From: an archaeon
GTDB taxonomy: Archaea; Undinarchaeota; CAZHTU01; JBDRCC01
DNA length: 32,000 nucleotides
Assembly (NCBI GenBank): GCA_043822065.1
Contig: JBDRCC010000001.1
Coordinates: 12,215 to 44,214, forward strand
Direction: 5' to 3'
Below the pieces are notes generated by a model. The model saw only the letters and a program-made list of their open reading frames with translations. It searched no databases and had not been told where the DNA came from. Shown here piece by piece: positions 1-8,243 of the stretch (position 1 is the first letter of the stretch; the number at the start of each line of letters is the position of its first letter). Made by a program: the position numbers and the translations under genes.

Positions 1-106
1 AGTAGACGGCTGCCTTTTAAACTTTTTCGCCAACGTTTCCACGGCGAGTCTAGCTCGCCGGGGCCCCAAGGATTGCATCCTTGTGGTTGCCGAGCGAAGC
101 GAAGGA

Positions 107-128
107 AAAAGGTTGTTTTAAACCTTTT
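107..128. terminator. palindromic T-rich hairpin just downstream of the transglutaminase-like gene stop
   Basis: AAAAGGTT-gtttta-AACCTTTT forms an 8-bp stem with T-runs on both strands. It sits 8 nt from the stop codon at 136-138. Confidence 0.5.
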
Positions 129-135
129 CGTCGGC

Positions 136-1455
136 TCAGAACAGTGAAGAGAAAAGCCGCTTGATGGATTCTATAATCCCGGAGATAATGCTCGCAGGTG
201 AGGCTCCGCCGCGGACTGAGCCGCCGGAGGACATGGTCGGGTCAACATCTATCTTGGCCTTCTTCTCCTCTGCAATGTTGTGGACTACTGTTTCAAAGGA
301 GTAGATGTAACCCTCGTCCAAGCCTTCTGGGGGCTGGAGGGTATAGGAAACATCCTTTGCCCCGGAACATGTCCAGATGAGGGCTGAGGGCTTGCCTAGC
401 GTGAGCTTAAGGTTCGGGGTGGAGGGGTCTTTGTCTTCATACACTATATTCAGCTCGGAGGCTATGCAGCTTTGGGAGGATAGCTCGGCGCCGAGCTTAA
501 CGGAACTGGCTGGGGAAATCCTTGACTCTTTGGGGGAAAGGATAATCTTTTGTACCGGCTGCGCAAATTCTGACGAGTCCAGTATCTCTATTGTGTAAGC
601 CAGTGGCTTCAAGTCAGGCTCAAATGTCCTTGGCTTCCAGCTAAGAACGGAAAGGAATTTTTCCTGGTCTGGGCCGTGGGCAAATTTGATGTGCGTAGCA
701 TCCACATACCCATACTCGCCGTATGTCGGGTCAAACGGCACCCATTCCCCAAAGTAGACTTCCGCCCAGCCGTGGTTGTACCAGTCAGCCTCGCCGCCGC
801 TGTCAACCCCGAAAATCCCGTATGTGATGCCTGAGACGTAGCGCGCAGGGATGCCAAGCGAGCGGACCATTGCTATGAAAAGGTGGGAGAACTCATCGCA
901 TGTGCCCTTCCGGTCCCGCAGGACGGCATCTGCAGGCTCTATTATGGAGCCATAAGACAGCGTGTATTCTATGTTCTGGTTTATCCAGTAGGCTATCCGT
1001 GAAACTGCGTCGAAGGCATTTTCCGAGCCATCGGTTATTTCGCGCGCCTTCTGGGCTATCTCAGGGGTGATTGGGGCGTATTTTGTTGCTGCAAGGTACT
1101 CTGGATAGTCCTCTGGCGCGTATGGAAACGCAGGCGGGACGCTAATGGAGTTGACTGCAGCTTTGTTCTTTACCCTCAGTGAGAGCGAGTAGGATAGGTC
1201 GTTCGTAGACTCCCATTCCCTAACCAGATAGGTGTTGCCATAGGCATCTATCCCTTTTACATACTCGACCGGCGAGAGAACAGTCACTTGTGCCACCGGA
1301 AACTCGTAAGAGGTGAACGTCGCGCTTGAAATTTCCCGCTCGGCAGTTAGTGTTCTGGTAAAGTCTATCCTTACGTCGATCTCCTGTGTCTTTGGGGAGT
1401 CTATAGCAAATACGCAGGAGGCGAACAGGAGCAATGCGAATAGTGCGTATTTCAT
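136..1455 (-). CDS. secreted transglutaminase-like protein (Cys-His-Asp transglutaminase core)
   Basis: ORF 136..1569 trimmed to the internal ATG at 1455. [17 protein letters not shown] is a signal-peptide-like N-terminus, and this ATG overlaps the pyrG stop as ATGA. Core motifs GTCDEFSHLF (Cys), NHGWAEVY (His) and FDPT (Asp) are present. Confidence 0.75.
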   Translation of the reverse strand: MKYALFALLLFASCVFAIDSPKTQEIDVRIDFTRTLTAEREISSATFTSYEFPVAQVTVLSPVEYVKGIDAYGNTYLVREWESTNDLSYSLSLRVKNKAAVNSISVPPAFPYAPEDYPEYLAATKYAPITPEIAQKAREITDGSENAFDAVSRIAYWINQNIEYTLSYGSIIEPADAVLRDRKGTCDEFSHLFIAMVRSLGIPARYVSGITYGIFGVDSGGEADWYNHGWAEVYFGEWVPFDPTYGEYGYVDATHIKFAHGPDQEKFLSVLSWKPRTFEPDLKPLAYTIEILDSSEFAQPVQKIILSPKESRISPASSVKLGAELSSQSCIASELNIVYEDKDPSTPNLKLTLGKPSALIWTCSGAKDVSYTLQPPEGLDEGYIYSFETVVHNIAEEKKAKIDVDPTMSSGGSVRGGASPASIISGIIESIKRLFSSLF

Positions 1456-3047
1456 TTTTTCTTGGAAGCGGCTTTCAGGAACCCAAGGAAAAGCGGGAGC
1501 GGCTTTTCGAACTTTGACTTGAATTCTGGGTGGAACTGGGATGCGACAAAGAAGTCGTTTTTCGGGCATTCACATATCTCCATCACTGGGCTCTGGGGGT
1601 TGCGCCCTGAGAAAACCAGCCCGGCGTTTTCAAGCTGGCCTATGTAGTCGGGATTTATCTCATACCTGTGCCTGTGGCGCTCGGATATCCTTGCCCGCCC
1701 ATAAAGCCTCTTCACAAGGGAGCCCTGCTTGAGGTCGGCAGGGTAAGCGCCTAGCCGCATTGTGCCGCCCATCTTAAGTATGCTCTTCTGCTCAGGCAGG
1801 ATGTCGACGACAGGGAACGGCGTCTTTTTGTCGAGCTCGGTTGAGTTCGCGTTCTTTAAGCCGGCTGCATTCCGCGAGTACTCGACGACTGCAAGCTGCA
1901 TCCCAAAGCAGAGCCCCAGGTAGGGGATGTTGTTCTCCCTTGCGTATTTTATCGCCATTATCTTCCCTTCGGTGCCGCGCTTCCCGAAGCCCCCTGGAAC
2001 GATTATTCCGTCCACGCCTTTCAGGGTTGAGAGCTTTGACTTGTCCTTTTCGAACTCTTCCGTGTCCACCCAGAGGATGTCCACGTCCAGGCCAAGCTCC
2101 GCAGCCGCATGCGTGAGCGACGCCTCGATGCTGACGTAGGCGTCGTGGAGCTTCATGTATTTGCCAGTCATGGCAATGGTGACCTTCTTTTTTGGGAATT
2201 TGAGCCGGTTGACCCTCTGCTTCCAGTTCTTGAGGTTCGAGCGCCTTGACTTGAGGTGGAACTTGCGAAGGATGACTTCGCCGACCTTTTGGGCGTCTAG
2301 GACAAGCGGCACCTCGTAAATGCTTTCCATGTCCGGGTCGCTGATTACTGCCTCCTCCTTCACATTGCAGAAGAGTGCGATTTTCTTCTTGGTCTTCTCT
2401 TGAAGGGGCTCCTCTGCCCTGCAGATTATCATGTCCGGCTCAACGCCTGCCTCGCGGAGCATCCTAACGGAGTGCTGGGTCGGCTTTGTCTTTTGCTCCC
2501 CGACGACGTCCATCTGGGGGACCAGCGTCAGGTGGCAGACCATGACGTTTCCCGGCTCCTGCGACTTCATCTGGCGGATTGCCTCGACGAAGGGCATGGA
2601 CTCAATGTCGCCGACCGTGCCGCCGAGCTCGACGATTGATATGTCTGCTTTGGACTTCCTGGAGACGCACTTTATCGTGTCGACTATCTCGTTGATTATG
2701 TGGGGGATTACCTGGACGGTCTGCCCGAGGTAGTCCCCGCGGCGCTCCTTGTCCAGGACGGACTGGTAGATTTTGCCGGTAGTGATGTTGTGCTCGCCGG
2801 TGAGCTTGACGTCCAGGAACCGCTCATAGTGGCCAAAGTCCATGTCGACCTCTGCGCCGTCGTCGAGGACAAATACCTCGCCGTGCTCTATTGGGTTCAT
2901 GGTGCCGGCGTCCTGGTTGAGGTAGGGGTCAATCTTTATCGTGGTGACCTTGTACCCCTTGGATTCCAGTATCTTGCCGACAGAAGCAGAGACAATACCC
3001 TTGCCAAGACCGCTCAAAACCCCACCGGTAATAATCAAGTATTTCAT
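1452..3047 (-). CDS. pyrG: CTP synthase
   Basis: 531 aa. N-terminal [18 protein letters not shown], glutaminase GLCFGMQ Cys and HRHRYE motifs. ATG at 3047. Confidence 0.97.
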   Translation of the reverse strand: MKYLIITGGVLSGLGKGIVSASVGKILESKGYKVTTIKIDPYLNQDAGTMNPIEHGEVFVLDDGAEVDMDFGHYERFLDVKLTGEHNITTGKIYQSVLDKERRGDYLGQTVQVIPHIINEIVDTIKCVSRKSKADISIVELGGTVGDIESMPFVEAIRQMKSQEPGNVMVCHLTLVPQMDVVGEQKTKPTQHSVRMLREAGVEPDMIICRAEEPLQEKTKKKIALFCNVKEEAVISDPDMESIYEVPLVLDAQKVGEVILRKFHLKSRRSNLKNWKQRVNRLKFPKKKVTIAMTGKYMKLHDAYVSIEASLTHAAAELGLDVDILWVDTEEFEKDKSKLSTLKGVDGIIVPGGFGKRGTEGKIMAIKYARENNIPYLGLCFGMQLAVVEYSRNAAGLKNANSTELDKKTPFPVVDILPEQKSILKMGGTMRLGAYPADLKQGSLVKRLYGRARISERHRHRYEINPDYIGQLENAGLVFSGRNPQSPVMEICECPKNDFFVASQFHPEFKSKFEKPLPLFLGFLKAASKKK

Positions 3048-3099
3048 AGCACCAATGGAAGATTAACATGCGTAGAGTTATTTATACAGTTTTCTGAAA

Positions 3100-4881
3100 T
3101 CACTCGACTGTGACTGATTTTGCAAGGTTTCGCGGCTTGTCAGGGTCAAGGCCTTTCAGGACTGCGGCGTGGTAGGCTATAAGCTGGAGCGGGACGATAT
3201 AGGTCAGCGGGGAGAGGTATTCGTTGGTGAATGGTATCTTGATTGCATTCTTGAGCTCCTTGTTGTCAGGGTCAGTTATCGGGATTGCGACCGCTCCGCG
3301 CGCGAGCGCCTCCTCCATGTTCGACTTTGTCTTCTCGTACATCGGGCCGTGCGGGCAGAGGACGAAGAGCGGAATCCCTTTGCCAATGAGGGCAAGAGGG
3401 CCGTGCTTGAGCTCGCCTGCGGGGAAGCCCTCGGCATGCACGTAGGCTATCTCCTTAAGCTTAAGGGCGCCCTCTAGGGCGACAGGGTACATCATCCCGC
3501 GCCCGATGAAGAAAAAGCCCTGCTTGTTTATGTTTGAGGCAATAATCTTTTTGAATTCCTGCTCGCGCTCGAGTATCTTCTCTATCGCCTTCGGCACCTT
3601 CTTGAGGTCTGGGATAAAATTCACAGGCTTGCCGTTTAGCTTGGCGAGGTGTGAAATCAGTACGTAGAAGACGACAAGCTGGGCGATGAACGTCTTGGTT
3701 GCGACGACGCCGACTTCAGGCCCGGCGTAGGTGTACATGTTTATGCCGCACTCGCGGGTTATCGAGCTGCCGAGGACGTTTGTTATCGAGAATGTCCGCG
3801 CGACCTTTTTCTTTGCAAACCGTACCGCTGCAAGGGTGTCCGCCGTCTCCCCTGACTGTGTTATTGCAAGGACTGCACAGCTCTTGTCCAAGACGTTGCC
3901 GACAGAATTTATGAATTCGGAAGAGATGACAACTTCGGTCGGGATGCCGAGGAACTTCTCAAAGAGGTACTTGCCGACCAGGCCGGCATGGTGCGAACTC
4001 CCCGCAGCGGTGATGTAGAGCCGCTTTATCCCTTTGAACTTTTTGGCAGCTTCACGGAGCTCTGCCGCGCTTCGGAGGGTGTCGGAGACGACGGTAGGCT
4101 GCTCGTGTATCTCCTTTAGTGTGAAGTGGGTAAATCCTGCCTTTTCCGCCTGGGTATGGCTCCAGTTTATCGTGACCGGAATGGCGTTTACCTTTTTTCC
4201 GGAAGAGATTGAGTAGATGGATATTTTTTCCTTTTCAAGGACAGCGTAGTCTCCGTCGCGCAGGTAGATTACGCGCCGGGTGTGCTTGATAAAAGCAGGG
4301 ATGTCAGAAGCTGCGAAATTTTCCCCTTTGCCTACGCCCAAAACAAGCGGTGAGAAGTTCCTTGCGACGATTATCTTTTCCGGCTCCCTTCTTGAGAGGA
4401 AAGCCACCGCGTAGCTTCCCCTGACCTGCCGAAGGGCGAGGCGGACTGCAGACTCAAAGCCCGTGTCGAGGTATTTTTCCACTAGGTGGGAGAATATTTC
4501 AGTATCGGTCTCGCTCCGGAACTTGCTCCCTTCATTCTGGAGTTTTGACTTCAATTCGGAGTAGTTCTCGATTATGCCGTTGTGGACGGTCACGATGATA
4601 TTTTTCGGACCGAAGTGCGGGTGCGCGTTGAGCTTGTTCGGGAGCCCGTGAGTAGCCCATCGGGTGTGCGCGATTCCAGCTGTCCCTGGCAGGTCGGAGA
4701 GGTTCAGCTTCTGGTCAATTTCGCTTATTTTGCCCTGGTCCTTCTTTATCGTTATCTTGTTCTTTTCAGAAATCGTGGCGATGCCGGCGGAGTCATAGCC
4801 GCGGTACTCGAGCTTCTTCAGCGCGTTCAGGAGCAGCGGCGCAGCCTTTTGCCCCCCAATATAGGCTATTATTCCGCACAT
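3100..4881 (-). CDS. glmS: glutamine--fructose-6-phosphate aminotransferase (isomerizing)
   Basis: 593 aa. N-terminal MCGI (Cys1 nucleophile), SIS-domain body, characteristic C-terminus NLAKSVTVE. Confidence 0.97.
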   Translation of the reverse strand: MCGIIAYIGGQKAAPLLLNALKKLEYRGYDSAGIATISEKNKITIKKDQGKISEIDQKLNLSDLPGTAGIAHTRWATHGLPNKLNAHPHFGPKNIIVTVHNGIIENYSELKSKLQNEGSKFRSETDTEIFSHLVEKYLDTGFESAVRLALRQVRGSYAVAFLSRREPEKIIVARNFSPLVLGVGKGENFAASDIPAFIKHTRRVIYLRDGDYAVLEKEKISIYSISSGKKVNAIPVTINWSHTQAEKAGFTHFTLKEIHEQPTVVSDTLRSAAELREAAKKFKGIKRLYITAAGSSHHAGLVGKYLFEKFLGIPTEVVISSEFINSVGNVLDKSCAVLAITQSGETADTLAAVRFAKKKVARTFSITNVLGSSITRECGINMYTYAGPEVGVVATKTFIAQLVVFYVLISHLAKLNGKPVNFIPDLKKVPKAIEKILEREQEFKKIIASNINKQGFFFIGRGMMYPVALEGALKLKEIAYVHAEGFPAGELKHGPLALIGKGIPLFVLCPHGPMYEKTKSNMEEALARGAVAIPITDPDNKELKNAIKIPFTNEYLSPLTYIVPLQLIAYHAAVLKGLDPDKPRNLAKSVTVE

Positions 4882-4935
4882 GTCTGGAATTGAAGTAAGG
4901 AAAATTAATATAGTCTTCTATTTTTAGGATTATCC

Positions 4936-5547
4936 ATGTACTCGCAGAAATTTGTGCTTGACACGACGGCCTTCACGAACGCGACTTCGCCGAAAAAGTC
5001 AAAGGACGTCCTCCAGTACACCAAGAAGCTTGTAAAGATAGTGGCTGACGCGAGGGTGAAGCTCGGGGTAACCTGCTATATCCCGTATCCGATGGCTTAC
5101 AACGAGCTGGTCGCCTGCTTGAAGATGCGGGATGCCAAGGAGGCGCAGCTGATAGACCTAGACACATGGTTCATCAAGAAGACCCCGAACAGGTACGAGG
5201 TCAAGCTAAGCTCGGAGATATTCTACGAATATATAGGGGATATACGAGAGCGCATGAACAAGGGGCTCAGGCTTGCCGAAGATGCTGTCAAGGAGGCGTC
5301 CAGGAAAAAAGACCATGCGCCGCTGATAACCATACTCAGGGACAAGTATAAGTCCGCCCTCCGGGAAGGCGTGCTGGACAGCCGCGAGGACCTTGATGTC
5401 CTCCTGCTGGCTAAGGAGCTTAACGCGGGTGTGGTGACGGCTGACGAAGGCATGATAAAATGGGCAGAGAAAATGGGGCTTGAGATAATACCTGCGAACA
5501 GGTTCCCGAAAATACTCCAGGACCAGCTCGACATGAGCGAGAAATAA
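4936..5547 (+). CDS. PIN-like protein of the HARP / UPF0278 family (protein-only RNase P homolog, formerly 'RNA ligase partner protein')
   Basis: 203 aa. FVLDTTAFTN N-terminus, MNKGLRLAE, and DSREDLDVLLLAKEL..VTADEGMIKWAEKMG match the pattern I recall for the Aquifex Aq_880-like family. It lies tail-to-tail with an RNA ligase gene. Not verified by search. Confidence 0.7.
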   Translation: MYSQKFVLDTTAFTNATSPKKSKDVLQYTKKLVKIVADARVKLGVTCYIPYPMAYNELVACLKMRDAKEAQLIDLDTWFIKKTPNRYEVKLSSEIFYEYIGDIRERMNKGLRLAEDAVKEASRKKDHAPLITILRDKYKSALREGVLDSREDLDVLLLAKELNAGVVTADEGMIKWAEKMGLEIIPANRFPKILQDQLDMSEK

Positions 5548-6645
5548 TCAATCGGACGCATATTCGCCGTTGAGGAAATTTTTTATCCTGTCTTGTGTTG
5601 AGATGAACCGCTTCCGGATTGTCAGGCGGTTTCCACTTATCTCTTTTTCAGAGTCTATGCCTAAGTGCTCGAGGTGCTCTGCAAACTCGGCAAGCACATC
5701 CGGGTCTGCTTCGACCGTAGTGTCCTCAGTGAGCCTCTTGCCAGATGCGACATTGTTTATCGATTCGAGCATCGGCTCGAGGACTGCTTTTCCAATCCTC
5801 AGGGCGCGCGCGTCGCGCTCGCTTTGGGTGCGGTCGAACTCGTAGGACTGGAAGCCCTCGCGAATAAGCCGCCTGAAGAAGAAGTCATGGCCGTACTCAA
5901 ATGGGAAATGGAACGCCGAAGACACGTCGGAGATGTTCGCCCGAGGGAATATGTATTTTGCCTGCTCGGACATGTCCTCCGTCTTGAAAACCATGCCCTC
6001 CCGGTTCTGCCCGTCGAGCTTTTTTATGAGGGAGTAGACCTTCCCAAGCTCATTCGGCTTGAAGCTGCCGAGGTATGGAACCATCTTCAGCCCGTGCGTT
6101 TCACTAAGCCGCCTCTTTTCAGAGAATTTGACTGGCTTGCCGGACTCTTTTTGCCGTATGTCGAAGATGAAGAGCTCTGCATTTTTGACTTCGGGGTAGT
6201 CGTGCGTCACATGCGGGTTGAGCGGGCCTGCTATTTCCCCGCAGAGGACAAGGTCGTTTTCCCTGAAAAAGCTGGCGGTTTTTGCCGTTGCAAGGTCTGT
6301 AGAGAACGGGCAGATGAGCCCGCCGCGGGTTATTGCATAAACCTCTTCTCCGACCTTTGCAACCCGGACATTGTATCCATCGATTTTTTCCTCAATGTGG
6401 AAACCTTTTGGAAACTTGACCGTTAGCCCTGATTTCAGGTATAGGATGCGGCGTATTTTAGGGACGCCGCGGATGATTTCATTGTTGTCGAAGATGACAG
6501 TCCCCTTTTCGATGTGGTGGAGCTCCTTCCTGAACGCAAGATATTTTGTTTTCCCGCAAGTGACTGCAGATATCCCATGGCGTATCCTCTGCCTAAGGTA
6601 TTTTTCCTCAATGCCAAGCTTTGCAGCAGCTGCAGATATGTCCAT
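5548..6645 (-). CDS. ATP-dependent RNA ligase, archaeal Rnl3 (Pab1020-like) type
   Basis: 365 aa. Nucleotidyltransferase motif I EEKIDGYNVRV (KxDG lysine) and motif IV-like REGMVFK. Size is typical of archaeal homodimeric RNA ligases. Confidence 0.75.
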   Translation of the reverse strand: MDISAAAAKLGIEEKYLRQRIRHGISAVTCGKTKYLAFRKELHHIEKGTVIFDNNEIIRGVPKIRRILYLKSGLTVKFPKGFHIEEKIDGYNVRVAKVGEEVYAITRGGLICPFSTDLATAKTASFFRENDLVLCGEIAGPLNPHVTHDYPEVKNAELFIFDIRQKESGKPVKFSEKRRLSETHGLKMVPYLGSFKPNELGKVYSLIKKLDGQNREGMVFKTEDMSEQAKYIFPRANISDVSSAFHFPFEYGHDFFFRRLIREGFQSYEFDRTQSERDARALRIGKAVLEPMLESINNVASGKRLTEDTTVEADPDVLAEFAEHLEHLGIDSEKEISGNRLTIRKRFISTQDRIKNFLNGEYASD

Positions 6646-6681
6646 GGAAGAAATAAAGAAAAGGTTGTATAAAAGGGATAG

Positions 6682-7089
6682 CTAAAGCGGCCTGAACTTG
6701 TAGCCGTAGTAGATTACGCCTTCCGCGCCGTCAGTTGATATCCGCTTGAAGACTGCCTGCACAGGCATCCCGATTTTTACCTCGTCAAGGTTGCAGTCGA
6801 TGACCTGGCCGGTTATGGACGTGCCCTCCTCGAGCTCGATTATTGCCATTGCGTACGGGGTCTGGCCAGCGAATTCCGGAGGTCCGACGTGTATGATTGT
6901 GTAGGTTTTTATCTTGCCCTTGCCGGACAGCTCGGCATCTTCCATTATCGTCCTTCCGTCTTTCAGCGCTTCCTTGCAGACCGGGCAGACTATGCGCGGG
7001 GGGAAGAAGACGCCCTTGCATCCCCGGCACCGCGTGCCCATCATCTTGTACCGCTGGGGTATCTCCCGCCAGAACCTTGGAACGCTCAT
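6682..7089 (-). CDS. DUF35 Zn-ribbon/OB-fold protein (scaffold subunit of the archaeal thiolase/HMG-CoA synthase complex)
   Basis: 135 aa. CRGC...CPVC zinc ribbon followed by an OB-fold-like C-terminus. ATGA overlap with the upstream thiolase gene. Confidence 0.85.
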   Translation of the reverse strand: MSVPRFWREIPQRYKMMGTRCRGCKGVFFPPRIVCPVCKEALKDGRTIMEDAELSGKGKIKTYTIIHVGPPEFAGQTPYAMAIIELEEGTSITGQVIDCNLDEVKIGMPVQAVFKRISTDGAEGVIYYGYKFRPL

Positions 7090-8243
7090 CTTGAGAATAT
7101 GTGGACGAGGCAGCTTCCACCAGAACCCCCTACATTGTGTGTCATGCCGATTTCAGCTTCCCCGACCTGCCTCTTTCCTGCCTGGTTGAGGAGCTGCTCC
7201 TTAATCTCGAGCACCTGCGCGATTCCTGTCGCGCCTACTGGGTGGCCCTTTGACTTGAGCCCGCCGGATGAGTTTATTGCGATTTTGCCGTCAAGCGCGG
7301 TTTCGCCCTCGAGCGCCGCCCTTCCGCCCTCGCCATTCTCAAAGAAGCCGAGGTCTTCGGTGGCGATTATTTCCGCTATTGAGAAGCAGTCATGGACTTC
7401 AGCCAGGTCTATGTCTTTCGGATGAAGCCCTGCCTGCGTGTAAGCCTGCTTTGACGCGTAGATTGCTGCATTCAGGCTGGTCATTGTGGGCCTCCCGTGC
7501 AGTGCGATTGTGTCGGTTGCGTGGCCAGAGCCCAATATCCAGACCGGAGAGTCGGAGAGCTCCTTCGCCTTTTTCTCGCTGGCGAGTATTACCGCCGCGC
7601 CGCCGTCTGAAAGGGGTGAGCAGTGCAGAAGCCTGAGCGGGTCTGCTACCATAGCGGAACGTAGGACTGCATCAATGCTGACCTCGTACCTGAACTGGGC
7701 ATGGGGATTCATTGTGCCGTTGTGGTGGCTTTTCGAGGATACTGCTGAGAGCATCTCCTCTGTGGTGCCATATTTGTTCATGTGCGCCCTTGCCATCATG
7801 GCGTAGACGCCTGGGAAAGTCAGCCCGTAGAATGACTCCCATTCCTGGTCGGCTGCCGTCGCAAGGACCTGGGTTGCAGTCTCGGCACTGACATCTGTCA
7901 TCTTTTCGACCCCGCCGACGACCACAATGTCGTGCATCCCGCTTGCGATGTCCAGGTATGCCTGCCTGAGGGCAAGCCCGCCTGATGCGCATGCTGATTC
8001 GACTCTGACAGAAGGGACTGGCTGGAGGCATGTCGTGTCTGCGAGGAGCGACGCCAGGTGCTCCTGCTTGACGAAGTTTCCGCCGGACATGTTGCCGCCG
8101 TACAGCGCCTCAATGTCCCTTGTGGTCACGCCAGCGTCCCTCATTGCAAGGACGCCTGCCTCGACGATGAGGTCCCTGAGCGACTTGTCCCAAAGTTCGC
8201 CGAACTTCGTCATTCCAGTGCCAATTACTGCTACCTTGTTCAT
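7086..8243 (-). CDS. acetyl-CoA acetyltransferase (archaeal-type thiolase)
   Basis: 385 aa. Catalytic Cys context VESACASGGLAL and C-terminal thiolase-like GGSGGSC. ATGA overlaps with both neighbouring genes. Confidence 0.9.
   Translation of the reverse strand: MNKVAVIGTGMTKFGELWDKSLRDLIVEAGVLAMRDAGVTTRDIEALYGGNMSGGNFVKQEHLASLLADTTCLQPVPSVRVESACASGGLALRQAYLDIASGMHDIVVVGGVEKMTDVSAETATQVLATAADQEWESFYGLTFPGVYAMMARAHMNKYGTTEEMLSAVSSKSHHNGTMNPHAQFRYEVSIDAVLRSAMVADPLRLLHCSPLSDGGAAVILASEKKAKELSDSPVWILGSGHATDTIALHGRPTMTSLNAAIYASKQAYTQAGLHPKDIDLAEVHDCFSIAEIIATEDLGFFENGEGGRAALEGETALDGKIAINSSGGLKSKGHPVGATGIAQVLEIKEQLLNQAGKRQVGEAEIGMTHNVGGSGGSCLVHIFSR

Noticed and set aside
43-91. tRNA-like reading of the window-start hairpins, with a CUA (amber/Pyl-like) anticodon in the loop GTCTAGC
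   Set aside because: No acceptor-stem pairing can be found: the 5' sequence does not complement TGGTTGC. There is no D-arm, the T-loop would be ATTGCAT, and the anticodon hairpin prefers a 6-bp stem with a 5-nt loop.
1456-1569. 38-aa N-terminal extension of the transglutaminase-like ORF
   Set aside because: It lies inside the pyrG coding region in another frame. The internal ATG at 1455 gives a signal peptide and an ATGA coupling to pyrG.
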